Source: Candidatus Cloacimonadales bacterium
GTDB taxonomy: Bacteria; Cloacimonadota; Cloacimonadia; Cloacimonadales; DAONDQ01
DNA length: 64,000 nt
Direction of reading: 5' to 3'
Assembly: GCA_963662275.1 (NCBI GenBank)
Contig: OY759316.1
Location: 4,314,785-4,378,784 of the forward strand
Positions within the stretch are counted from its first letter, which is position 1. Every line of letters starts with the position of its first letter. Made by a program: the position numbers and the translations under genes. Positions 28,944-38,896 of this stretch are shown one piece after another. The notes under the pieces were generated by a model, which was not told where the DNA came from, did no database searches, and saw only the letters and a list, made by a program, of their open reading frames with translations.

Positions 28944-29975
28944 GTGAAAAAGATCATCCTATTATTAACCCTGGTTGTTCTGACTGCAGCTCCTGCTTTT
29001 TTGAATGCTGGAATTTTTCCTAAAACAGGTACTGCATCATTACAGTTTTTAAAACTTGGTATTGATGCTCGTGCCACAGGTATGGGAGAAGCGTATACAG
29101 CAGTTACAAATGATATTTCATCTGTTTACTGGAATCCTGCAGGTCTGGCTTTGATACCTCAACAACAGGCATTTTTTTCTCACACCAACTGGCCTGGTGA
29201 AATCATGCATGATTATGCGGCTGTTTCTCGTTCGACAGGTGTTTCCGCTTATGCTTTTAGTGCTTCTGTTCTACATATGGCACCCATGGATGTGACAACT
29301 GCTGATGCTTTTGGACCAACTGGAGAAAAATTCAATTACATGGATATGGCACTGGGTCTTACGTATTCCAGTGCTTTTACAGATAAATTCTCATTTGGTT
29401 TTACGGGTAAGTACTTAAGAGAATCTACTGCTGGTTATAGTATAGACAGTTATTCACTCGACTTGGGTTCTCTCTACAATACAAAGTGGAAAAATCTTAC
29501 GATTGGAATGGCATTACGAAATTTTGGACCTGATGTAAAGTATACAATTGATAATGATGAAGATAACCACATGGATGAAGATCCGGTTGATTTGTTGGAT
29601 AATGATGGGGATGGACTCATTGATGAGGATCCACCTGAATTAGGTGCAAAGATACCAATGGATTTTTCAATGGGTGCTTCCGTTGATTTATATCGCACAG
29701 ATACTGAATATTGTATAGCTTCTGCACAACTAGATAACTGTATTGACAGGCAGGAAACGTGGAATCTTGGAAGTGAATATAAATTTGGTTCATTATTTGC
29801 TCGTATAGGTTATCAGTTGAATTATGATACCTATGGTCCAAGTGCTGGGTTAGGGTGGGAATTAGCAACCCGTATTGCTGTTTTTAACATCGATTATGCT
29901 TATACGAATATGGGTAAGATGGCGGAAGATTTTATCGGGAGTGCACACCGTTTATCCATAAAAATGAAGTTCTAA
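28944..29975 (+). CDS. PorV/UPF0164-like outer-membrane barrel with acidic insertion
   Basis: FLKLGIDARATGMGEAY...YWNPAGLA; DYAY...HRLSIKMKF. Confidence 0.8.
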   Translation: MKKIILLLTLVVLTAAPAFLNAGIFPKTGTASLQFLKLGIDARATGMGEAYTAVTNDISSVYWNPAGLALIPQQQAFFSHTNWPGEIMHDYAAVSRSTGVSAYAFSASVLHMAPMDVTTADAFGPTGEKFNYMDMALGLTYSSAFTDKFSFGFTGKYLRESTAGYSIDSYSLDLGSLYNTKWKNLTIGMALRNFGPDVKYTIDNDEDNHMDEDPVDLLDNDGDGLIDEDPPELGAKIPMDFSMGASVDLYRTDTEYCIASAQLDNCIDRQETWNLGSEYKFGSLFARIGYQLNYDTYGPSAGLGWELATRIAVFNIDYAYTNMGKMAEDFIGSAHRLSIKMKF

Positions 29976-30041
29976 CAGAATATAAGCAAAATGTAATTGA
30001 AACAAGCGTTTCGATTACGCTTATTTATATAAGGAGGAAAG

Positions 30042-32288
30042 ATGAAGCGTCTAATAATAATACTTTCATTACTTGTTTTATTGATCGGTTGCTTGTCAGC
30101 CCAAGAGATGAAAGCATTGTCAAAATCTAACATACCGGTAAAGCTAGCACCCTCTCCCTTGAGATTACCGACTCGTGAGGCACCTGCATATGAATTTTCA
30201 ACTCTACCTTTTTCACTACGCTCATCGTATTGGGATTATATGATCGGTGGTTATACTACCCTTCCAGTACGTGTGCAATCTGCTGCTACTGGTGGCGGAA
30301 TTTATTTGACTTATATGGGTCAAACAGATCCAACTACCAATGCTGGGCTGAGACGTGTTTTTTACACATATATTGGAGCTGATGGTGTAGTTGGTTCTAA
30401 TAATGAGCTTACAGATGATACGATTAGAGAAGGTTACAGTTCTGTTGATATTGATCGTCTCAGTGGTAAACCTATTTTTGCCTGGCATACTAGTGCTAAT
30501 CCCCCCACTGATACTCATTATAATGTTGCTTTTGCCTGGGATGCATATCTGGAAGGGATTCCAGGTTTGATCAGTGAACCCATTAAAATTATTAATTATC
30601 CAGACACAATGATTGTCAACGATGTTTCTATAAATGATAATGAATTTATATGGCCCAATGTTCAAATTGGTCCATCTCCGCTTGCAGATTATCGTCGTGT
30701 TTATATTTCTACGACTAACGTCAAAGGTCATACCGTACTAGGTGATGATGGCGAATCGCTTCCTTCAGAAAATCAGAAGATCGCATATGCGGATTTTACA
30801 CCTGCTATGATGGAAAATGGTGACACATTGATTTGGCATTATACAACAATTCCGTTATTAGATATATGGAATAATACCGATACATCATTTCGTCGTCCTT
30901 ACTATTCAAACCTGGTTGGAGAAGATGGAAAATATTACATCGTTGGGTGGCATGATTCAGCAGAAGAAAACGTAGATATCGCTATCCATGAACCTTATTT
31001 AGATGTTTGGATTAATAGCAATTATGGTGAAGGTGAATGGACAAAGTATTCTATGAATCCAGATGTAGAAATTCCCAATCCAATTGATCCCACGGACACT
31101 CTTGGCTATTTTAGAGATGATAATGGTACTCCATTTCCCTCTTTGAGATATGTAGTAAAAGAAGGTTGTCATATGAATGCATCTCTCGATAACAATGGAT
31201 TACTCCATTTCCCATTAATTTCATTTTTAAAATCTGACAGTACACATTGGTATCCTACTACTTCTTATATGAAGGATGTTCAATTCAACACTAGATACAA
31301 TACTTTCAAGGTGTGTGATGTATATCCGCAGTCTGTAAATCCGAATGATGGTAATCCAGCAATTCCTTGGGATCTTGATGGTCTTGGACCACAATTCGTA
31401 CTTAGCTCAGCGGATTCTACAACCTACATTTTACAGTCAACTTCTGATATGCCATATGTATACTGGGATTCAGAAGCTGTTGATAATGGCATGGCGTTTA
31501 ATTATAATTACTGTCATTTATCAAAAATGAACGATAATGATCAAATGGTCATGGTATGGGCTGATTCTTATCGTGCTTATTTACGTAACACATATCCGAC
31601 TGCTTATCCAGAACTTGCACCATTTCAGCAAGTACCGGAAACTTATATTTCCATCTATCCAACAACTTACGTTGATTCACTCGGCACTTCACATCCTGAA
31701 TATGGTGCAGTGTGGAGTGAGCCGATTGTCTTAAATTCAGTTGAAACACCTCAACTCACTGTCGCGGGAGATCCGATGATTCCTGAGTGGGTATATCCTG
31801 GTGATTATGTTGAATACCTGGGAACAGATGCTGATAATAATAGGATTGGCAGAGTTCACCTGATGTTTTACGATGATAATTCCTGGGGTGCTGCATCAAT
31901 CGATCCTGCTGTTGGTCAACCCAATGGTGGTAAAGTTATGTATACGGCGATTGATATTAAATGGCCTCCATGTGATGCGGTTGGAGCGAATGATCCTGTT
32001 GTTCCACCTTCAACAAGAATGTTGAAGCAGAACTATCCAAATCCTTTCAATCCAACTACTTCGATTTCTTTCAGTCTGCCGAAATCAGGGAAAGCATCTC
32101 TGAAGATTTATAATATCAAGGGTCAGCTTGTAAAGACTCTTGTCAACGGTCCGACTGCAGGTGGAGATCACACAGTGGTATGGAACGGCAAGAACGATAA
32201 TGATAACAGTGTTAGTTCAGGTATCTATTTCTACTCTCTCAAGAGTGGTTCACATACTGAAACTAAGAAAATGATGATGGTTAAATAA
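30042..32288 (+). CDS. Secreted protein with FlgD/Por-type C-terminal sorting domain
   Basis: Signal; QNYPNPFNPTT...YNIKGQLVK...WNGK...SSGIYFY...KKMMMVK. Confidence 0.8.
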   Translation: MKRLIIILSLLVLLIGCLSAQEMKALSKSNIPVKLAPSPLRLPTREAPAYEFSTLPFSLRSSYWDYMIGGYTTLPVRVQSAATGGGIYLTYMGQTDPTTNAGLRRVFYTYIGADGVVGSNNELTDDTIREGYSSVDIDRLSGKPIFAWHTSANPPTDTHYNVAFAWDAYLEGIPGLISEPIKIINYPDTMIVNDVSINDNEFIWPNVQIGPSPLADYRRVYISTTNVKGHTVLGDDGESLPSENQKIAYADFTPAMMENGDTLIWHYTTIPLLDIWNNTDTSFRRPYYSNLVGEDGKYYIVGWHDSAEENVDIAIHEPYLDVWINSNYGEGEWTKYSMNPDVEIPNPIDPTDTLGYFRDDNGTPFPSLRYVVKEGCHMNASLDNNGLLHFPLISFLKSDSTHWYPTTSYMKDVQFNTRYNTFKVCDVYPQSVNPNDGNPAIPWDLDGLGPQFVLSSADSTTYILQSTSDMPYVYWDSEAVDNGMAFNYNYCHLSKMNDNDQMVMVWADSYRAYLRNTYPTAYPELAPFQQVPETYISIYPTTYVDSLGTSHPEYGAVWSEPIVLNSVETPQLTVAGDPMIPEWVYPGDYVEYLGTDADNNRIGRVHLMFYDDNSWGAASIDPAVGQPNGGKVMYTAIDIKWPPCDAVGANDPVVPPSTRMLKQNYPNPFNPTTSISFSLPKSGKASLKIYNIKGQLVKTLVNGPTAGGDHTVVWNGKNDNDNSVSSGIYFYSLKSGSHTETKKMMMVK

Positions 32289-32305
32289 AGCATACTTAAC
32301 TAAAT

Positions 32306-32337
32306 AAAAAAAGGCGGCTGTAAGACAGCCGCCTTTT
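32306..32337 (+). terminator. Rho-independent (possibly bidirectional) terminator
   Basis: A-run, GGCGGCTG-taaga-CAGCCGCC, TTTT. Confidence 0.85.
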
Positions 32338-32409
32338 CATATATCTATGAATATTGACAAATATCTTTATTGTGTAAAATGGTATTAGTAGTTTAATAAG
32401 GAGTTGTGA

Positions 32410-33936
32410 ATGGATCGCATATACCTGAAAGGAGCAGATTTGACGATAGAACAGGTCTGGAACATTTCGTATCAAATGATAGAAGTTGGATTATCGGAAG
32501 AAGCTGTACAGAAAGTAATCAAATGTCGGGAATACGTCGATAAGATAATTCAGGAAGGTAGAATTGTCTATGGACTGACAACTGGTTTCGGTAAATTCAG
32601 CACGATAAACATACCTGCAGATAAAATTGATGAACTTCAGGAAAATCTTATTCTTAGCCATGCGACAGGAGTTGGTAACTATTTTTCAATTCCTGAAACC
32701 AGAGCAATACTCCTACTTCGTATTAATGTACTTGCTAAAGGACATTCAGGAATTCGACTTCAAACTCTACAAACCCTTATTCAAATGCTTAATCAAGGTG
32801 TTCATCCTTGCATTCCGGAAAAAGGTTCAGTGGGTGCTAGTGGTGATTTGGCACCTCTTTCTCATCTTGCCCTAGTTTTATTGGGTATGGGAAAGGCTTA
32901 TTATCAAGGTGAGCTTTTAAGTGGGGAAGAAGCGATGCGACGGGCAGGAATCATCCCTGTGAAACTAGTTGCAAAAGAGGGTCTGGCTTTAAATAATGGT
33001 ACTCAAGTAATGACTGCAGTTGGAGCACTTGCTTTGCATAGAGCAGAAAACTTAGTGAAAGTTGCAGACATTTGTGCAATTATGAGCTTGGAAGCTTTAC
33101 TGGGAACACCGGCAGCTTATGATCCTCTTATTCACCGACTAAGACCTCATCCGGGGCAATTGGCATCTGCAGATAATCTGTTTAGGTTAGTCCAAGACAG
33201 TAAGATACGTGAATCCCATCTGACATGCAGTAATGTCCAAGATCCCTACAGCCTTAGATGCACTCCCCAAGTTCATGGGGCGATAAGAGAAGCCTTGACA
33301 TATGTCCGTCACGTGATAACAACTGAAATCAATTCTGCTACAGATAATCCTCTCATATTTCCTGACGAGGACAAAGTGATATCGGGAGGCAACTTTCATG
33401 GAGAACCAGTAGCCATTGCATTAGATACACTTGGAATCGCAACTGCTGAATTAGCCAATATTTCCGAAAGACGTTTAGAACAAATCTTCAATCCTGCCTT
33501 AAATCGAGGCTTGCAACCATTTCTTGCTCCTAGACCAGGGATTGATTCTGGCTTTATGATTGCACAATTGACTGCTGCGTCTCTTGTTTCCGAAAATAAA
33601 GTATTGGCTCATCCTGCATCTGTGGATTCAATTCCGACTTCTGCAAACCAGGAAGATCATGTCAGTATGGGCACGATATCAGCGGTTAAAGCCCGGACAA
33701 TCATTGATAATGTATCTTATGTCTTGGGAATTGAGTTAATGTCTGGGTGTCAGGCTCTTGATGAAAGAGGAATGCAAAGTTCTCCGGCTGTTGAAGCGGT
33801 TAAGATGGAAATCCGTTCTGCGATACCCCATTTGGATAGAGATAGAATTATATGTGATGATATTCAATATATGAAAGAATTAACCGATTCGCCTACCTTA
33901 CCTGATCTGGTCTCAAAATTTGTTCCATTGAATTGA
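32410..33936 (+). CDS. hutH: Histidine ammonia-lyase
   Basis: YGLTTGFG, MIO-forming GASGDLAPL, QDPYSLRC, GGNFH, QEDHVSMG. Confidence 0.95.
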   Translation: MDRIYLKGADLTIEQVWNISYQMIEVGLSEEAVQKVIKCREYVDKIIQEGRIVYGLTTGFGKFSTINIPADKIDELQENLILSHATGVGNYFSIPETRAILLLRINVLAKGHSGIRLQTLQTLIQMLNQGVHPCIPEKGSVGASGDLAPLSHLALVLLGMGKAYYQGELLSGEEAMRRAGIIPVKLVAKEGLALNNGTQVMTAVGALALHRAENLVKVADICAIMSLEALLGTPAAYDPLIHRLRPHPGQLASADNLFRLVQDSKIRESHLTCSNVQDPYSLRCTPQVHGAIREALTYVRHVITTEINSATDNPLIFPDEDKVISGGNFHGEPVAIALDTLGIATAELANISERRLEQIFNPALNRGLQPFLAPRPGIDSGFMIAQLTAASLVSENKVLAHPASVDSIPTSANQEDHVSMGTISAVKARTIIDNVSYVLGIELMSGCQALDERGMQSSPAVEAVKMEIRSAIPHLDRDRIICDDIQYMKELTDSPTLPDLVSKFVPLN

Positions 33937-33955
33937 CCTTATCAAATAGAAAGGA

Positions 33956-36664
33956 TTGACTTATATGAGAATACGCCGGACTCTCTTATTCCTTGTTCTG
34001 CTTTTTTCCCTTTTTCTGAGCGGATGTGTTTATTATAATACACTATATAATGCTAAGAAACTCTACAAATCAGCACGATCGCGTCCTTTGATTAATGGGA
34101 AGCCAAATACACAGGCAATTGATGAATATACCAGGGCAATGAAGAAATGCGGTTATATCCTTACCGAATACAAAAACAGTCCGTATGCAGACCAGGCTTT
34201 GTTTTTATTAACCCAAAGCCTGTTTTATAAAGGTAATTCAAATCTGCAAGCCTATGAAAAATGCCAGGATTTTCTGAAGTTTTATCCAAAAGATGAACTA
34301 GTACCGGAAGTCATTCTATTTGAAGCAACAATTCTGCATGAGATGAAGAAAAATGATGAGGCTGTTTCTACACTTACCAGTTTTCTACAGGAGCCAATTT
34401 TTAAGAAATATTACCCGCGTGCTTATCTACAGCTCTCCATTAGCAGCATGGATGAAAAAGCTTATGCCCAAGCCCAATATTATTTGCAGAAAATTATTGA
34501 TAATTATCCTCACTCAAAAGAGTATAAAGAAGCTTTCTTTCAATTGGGTTACGCTTTCCATATTGAAAATAAATTCGCAGATTCCAACCAGGTTTTCCAG
34601 AAATTACTAAAGTCCAGATTAGAAAAAATAATCAAACTAGATGCTCGATATTACATTGCCCTGAATGATTATTATCAAAAAAATTACAAGAAAGCTGATA
34701 TTGAAATTAAACCTTTGTTAAAGGCAGAATCAAGAGCAGATAAAATCCCTTTAATCAAACTACTAAAAGCTAGAAATCTACTTGGATTGAACCAGTATAC
34801 AGATGCTGTTAGTTTGTACGAATCGATTAATACCGATTATCCGAAAACCATACATTCGGCAGAAGCAAATTATTATTTAGGTGAATTTAATTTGAATTAT
34901 CAGCATAATTATGAAAAAGCAATTACTTTCTATAATAATGTCAAGCTGGAATCTAATCTGTCTCCTTTTGTCGAAGATGCTTTTTCAAAGAGTGCTATTG
35001 CCAGTCAAATCATTCTATATAACAAGAAGGATAGTAACCTGGCAATTAAGGAGATGGTAAATCAACAAATGAAACTTGCAGAATATTATCTGCACAGTAT
35101 GAATCTCCCTGATTCTGCATTGTCTGTTTATCGCGGAGTAGTCAATCATCGCGGTATTCTAGAAGCCCAACTTGATTCATTGGATCAAAGAATTGCACAC
35201 CTTGATTCTCTCGGGGTTCCGAAAGATACTTTGAAAGTTATCAAATTAGATTCATTAGCTATTTCTGGTGATTCACTTAAGACCTCACGAACTGATACCT
35301 TAAATGTTATTAATGATTCACTACGTGTTTCCCAACCAGATTCCTTAAATGTTGGCAAAAAACTATGGAATGATGCTAAAACCGATTCTATCGGAATACA
35401 AAAAGATACACTCAGTGTTCACAAACGCGATTCTTTCGTTAATCCTGAAGAGACTAAGTACAAACCTATAAGAGATACTCTCAATGTACCTGACAAAACT
35501 ATACCTGTACCCATAACATATTACTTACAGAAGGATTCGACAAAAGCAATTGCTGATTCCGTTGCAACTGACGATTCAAGTAAAAACCAGATGCTTGGAA
35601 AACTAGTTCAGAAACAAGAGTCGATGCAACCCGATAGTATTGATTTCAAAATCAAGGATAATATGACATCAAGTTCAGATAGTACCGGACTTAAGATCAT
35701 ATCTCTTGCGGATTCTACAAAATCTGATAGTACAGGTTTCCAAGACAGCTTACAAGTAACTAAGAATAAGCATATTAAAACTCCTGAAATGCAAAGTCTG
35801 TTAGCAAAACAAAACCAGCTTTCTGTTAATTTAATGGAATATGATAGTGATTATGTTCCCTTAGCGCTATATGACCAAATTTGGATCTATAAATATAGTA
35901 TACCCGATTCTGTTAAAATGGAGCAAGTCTACCAGGAAATGCAGGACAAGTATCCGTTGAATCGGTATACACATGCTGCGACACTTATGCTTCAAGGAAA
36001 AAAGGTTGAAGTTACAACCGATGAAGAAATCGCCATTGAAAAAGAATACACGGATGCTATGGATTTATATAGTTCATCTCCAGATTCTGCAAAAACAATC
36101 TTAAAAACTCTAACATCAAATAAGAATTCGATATTTAATGATAAATCTAAGTACTCTCTCGGTTATATTTTCTGGTTTAATGAACATGATTCTGTAAATG
36201 CTAAACCATACTTTGATGATCTTCTTAAAAAAGACGCGAATAGCGAATATAGTACTTATATAAACCAATTTTACAATGGCAGTAATTTTGTATTTATCGA
36301 TGAACTTCCTGCGATTCGAGAGATGGAAGAGAGAGAAAAGCAAAAGAAAATAACAGAACAAGCTAATGAACTAAAGAAGCAGGAGTTAAATCGTCTTGTC
36401 GATAACCCTAAACCCAAGGGTGCTGTTCTTGAATACATTCTTCCACCCCTACCTGAAAAGCCGATTATCATTGAAGATACTACAAGTGTAAAGGACACAA
36501 CCAGAGCAATCGAGGAAAAACCAAAACAGGAAGAGACAAAGAATATTCCGCAAATCAGTCAACCTATGAATACTGGAGTTAATCAACCTCAAATCAAAGA
36601 GAATGACAGACCATTCGATTTCATCAAGCCTATTCCCTCAGTAAAACCTAAGGATTCAGAATAG
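33956..36664 (+). CDS. TPR-repeat lipoprotein with D-S/T-rich linker
   Basis: Lipobox LSGC, YYNTLYNA, tandem TPR-like helical repeats (YP.S...A.F.LG). Confidence 0.75.
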   Translation: MTYMRIRRTLLFLVLLFSLFLSGCVYYNTLYNAKKLYKSARSRPLINGKPNTQAIDEYTRAMKKCGYILTEYKNSPYADQALFLLTQSLFYKGNSNLQAYEKCQDFLKFYPKDELVPEVILFEATILHEMKKNDEAVSTLTSFLQEPIFKKYYPRAYLQLSISSMDEKAYAQAQYYLQKIIDNYPHSKEYKEAFFQLGYAFHIENKFADSNQVFQKLLKSRLEKIIKLDARYYIALNDYYQKNYKKADIEIKPLLKAESRADKIPLIKLLKARNLLGLNQYTDAVSLYESINTDYPKTIHSAEANYYLGEFNLNYQHNYEKAITFYNNVKLESNLSPFVEDAFSKSAIASQIILYNKKDSNLAIKEMVNQQMKLAEYYLHSMNLPDSALSVYRGVVNHRGILEAQLDSLDQRIAHLDSLGVPKDTLKVIKLDSLAISGDSLKTSRTDTLNVINDSLRVSQPDSLNVGKKLWNDAKTDSIGIQKDTLSVHKRDSFVNPEETKYKPIRDTLNVPDKTIPVPITYYLQKDSTKAIADSVATDDSSKNQMLGKLVQKQESMQPDSIDFKIKDNMTSSSDSTGLKIISLADSTKSDSTGFQDSLQVTKNKHIKTPEMQSLLAKQNQLSVNLMEYDSDYVPLALYDQIWIYKYSIPDSVKMEQVYQEMQDKYPLNRYTHAATLMLQGKKVEVTTDEEIAIEKEYTDAMDLYSSSPDSAKTILKTLTSNKNSIFNDKSKYSLGYIFWFNEHDSVNAKPYFDDLLKKDANSEYSTYINQFYNGSNFVFIDELPAIREMEEREKQKKITEQANELKKQELNRLVDNPKPKGAVLEYILPPLPEKPIIIEDTTSVKDTTRAIEEKPKQEETKNIPQISQPMNTGVNQPQIKENDRPFDFIKPIPSVKPKDSE

Positions 36665-37318
36665 ATGAAATATGGATCGATATTCCATCAGCAGAATGTT
36701 TATTTAAAACTGCTCTTACTCTTGATGGGTGTTGTTCTTTCAACGGTTGTTCACTTCACATATTTTCTCCTGATATTTGGTTTAACCATACTCTACCTGA
36801 TTCCCGGATATCAAATCTTTCCTATTTGGGGCAAGATCATTCTTAGATTGCTACCATTCCTGATTTCGTATTTTCTCTTCGCTCTACTCTTAGATTTGCC
36901 TTTTCCAATCCAGGTAAGCTTCACTTGTAGGATCGTTTACTTACTGCTATTATCTCTCTATCTATTGAAATCGACGACATTATATAAATTAGTTGAAGAT
37001 AGTGGACGACTCAAAGATTCACATTTGCTGCGTCCAATATTCTTCTATTTCGTAGCAACAATGCAATTTATTCCGATATTCACCAAAGAAAATACTCTCA
37101 TCATACAGAAATTTAAATCACAAGGGAAAATAACAATCAGTAAGTCCGTCGATATCTTGCTGGAATCATTTATGAGTGCTTGGGATAAAATTCCGTACAT
37201 CGAAAATAAGACAAAGCATAGATTGTCTATAGAATACCCAACACCAGTATTATTTACCTGGGCTAATTTATGGTTATATGTTATGATAACTATCTATGTC
37301 CTGGTAGCTGCCTTATAG
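36665..37318 (+). CDS. Membrane protein, possibly EcfT/CbiQ-like
   Basis: Multiple TM helices; position before truA resembles ecfT-truA order (weak evidence). Confidence 0.45.
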   Translation: MKYGSIFHQQNVYLKLLLLLMGVVLSTVVHFTYFLLIFGLTILYLIPGYQIFPIWGKIILRLLPFLISYFLFALLLDLPFPIQVSFTCRIVYLLLLSLYLLKSTTLYKLVEDSGRLKDSHLLRPIFFYFVATMQFIPIFTKENTLIIQKFKSQGKITISKSVDILLESFMSAWDKIPYIENKTKHRLSIEYPTPVLFTWANLWLYVMITIYVLVAAL

Positions 37319-37322
37319 GGAT

Positions 37323-38075
37323 ATGATGCAGAGATTCCTGATGCAGATCGCATATGACGGCAGTGTTTTTCATGGCTGGCAAAAACAACACAATGCTAAT
37401 TCTGTTCAACAAACGATAGAGACAGCTTTGGCTTTGATTGCCAAGGAAGAAGTGCAACTTGTATGTGCCGGACGAACGGATACCGGTGTTCATGCTAAAG
37501 CCCAATTTGCGCATTTTGATTTTCCTGTGGTGATGACTGGAGAACAAATCAGGTTGGCGATTAATGTCAGGTTACCTCACAGTATCCGTGTCCTTAACGT
37601 AATCCCCGTTTCTGGCGATTTTCACGCACGCTACGATGCGTTTGAACGAGGATACGAATATGTGCTGGCAAAAACACTGACACCCTTCAATCGCAATTTT
37701 TCGGGCTTTCTACGTTATCGCCATATGGAAACGGATAAAATGAGAGAAGCCATACCATATTTTCTAGGTTCTCATGATTATTCATCCTTCAGCAGACCTA
37801 ATCCGGAAATACCTAATCGCCTATGTGATGTAAAAGAGATTTCCGTCACAGAATACGAAGATCAATTTGTTTTTACAATAACAGCAGATCGCTTCTTACA
37901 TAATATGGTGAGACGCATCGTCGGTTTGATGTTCAATATCGGGACAACTAAGATGAAACCGGCAATCGTGAAGGAACTCCTGGATCAGTGTGATCCTAAC
38001 CAAAGATTGATATTAACGGCACCTCCTGAAGGATTATATCTTGTGAAGGTGGGATATCCGGAGCAGAAATTCTGA
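37323..38075 (+). CDS. truA: tRNA pseudouridine(38-40) synthase
   Basis: YDGSVFHGWQ, AGRTDTGVHA, FHARYDA, FLHNMVR, APPEGLYL. Confidence 0.95.
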   Translation: MMQRFLMQIAYDGSVFHGWQKQHNANSVQQTIETALALIAKEEVQLVCAGRTDTGVHAKAQFAHFDFPVVMTGEQIRLAINVRLPHSIRVLNVIPVSGDFHARYDAFERGYEYVLAKTLTPFNRNFSGFLRYRHMETDKMREAIPYFLGSHDYSSFSRPNPEIPNRLCDVKEISVTEYEDQFVFTITADRFLHNMVRRIVGLMFNIGTTKMKPAIVKELLDQCDPNQRLILTAPPEGLYLVKVGYPEQKF

Positions 38076-38153
38076 GTAGGGGTTTGCGGCAGTAAACCCA
38101 CTCCCGTATTCAATTCACACTCCATTCAAGGGTTTACTTCCGCATGCCCCTAC
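38076..38153. repeat. REPIN: inverted pair of GTAG-REPs (GTAGGGGTTTGCGGNAGTAAACCC)
   Basis: REP at 38076-38099 and inverted variant at 38130-38153. Confidence 0.9.
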
Positions 38154-38674
38154 GGTAAAAACAATTCATCATTGTTCCAATTACTTGGATTTTGAATAAT
38201 GTATTCCCTGCATCTATTTAAATCATCTTCATTCCGAATAATATGATCATAATAACTGCGTTGCCATATTTCCTGGTTTGTATTATTCACTATCAATCTG
38301 CATTGCTTAGTAACTGCTGCTTTGAAATTAATCATTATTCCACCTAAGGAGGCAGCATAATTTTTCCTTTCTTTTTCGTAGTGTCGTGGTAACTGATCTT
38401 GATTGGGGTTATCGATTACTAAAATGCCATGAATGTGATTGGGCATAATGATATATTCATCTAAGAATACATACTTCCGTAATTCTGCTGTACGGTGCCA
38501 TTCATTTTGGACAATCAATCCAAACTCAGAAATTTGAAAAATACTTTCACGGAATTCACCGAACAACTTCTGTTTCTGAAAAGCGCAAATGGTCACATAA
38601 TAAGCTCCGTTAAGAGCATAATCATAACCCCGTAAACGTACAGAATGTCGATCACCATATTGCTTTGCATCCAT
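38150..38674 (-). CDS. REP-associated tyrosine transposase (RAYT, HUH/Y1)
   Basis: SVRLRGYDY...YYVTIC, HUH motif MPNHIHGI, WQRSYYDHIIR, YIIQNP; flanked by REPs. Confidence 0.92.
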   Translation of the reverse strand: MDAKQYGDRHSVRLRGYDYALNGAYYVTICAFQKQKLFGEFRESIFQISEFGLIVQNEWHRTAELRKYVFLDEYIIMPNHIHGILVIDNPNQDQLPRHYEKERKNYAASLGGIMINFKAAVTKQCRLIVNNTNQEIWQRSYYDHIIRNEDDLNRCREYIIQNPSNWNNDELFLP

Positions 38675-38724
38675 ATTACCCTCCCATTTTTGTTTCGTAT
38701 GTTTCGTATGTTTCGTATGGCTCC

Positions 38725-38896
38725 GTAGGGGTTTGCGGCAGTAAACCCTTCATCATTTTCATTGTACGCGTTTGTAGGGGTTTGCGGTAGTAAACCCACC
38801 CCGAATTCCCACACACTCCATTCAAGGGTTTACTACCGCAAACCCCTACGACCCAATTGGCTTTCACGGAAAGGGTTTACTCCCGCAAACCCCTAC
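38725..38896. repeat. Cluster of four GTAG-REPs (two forward, two inverted)
   Basis: Forward 38725-38748 and 38774-38797; inverted 38826-38849 and 38873-38896; preceded by (TTTCGTATG)x3. Confidence 0.9.

Noticed and set aside
36662..36667. In-frame TAG-ATG junction suggesting stop readthrough or pyrrolysine
   Set aside because: A lipoprotein with a low-complexity tail followed by an unrelated membrane protein; tight operon packing explains it and no pyl genes are seen.
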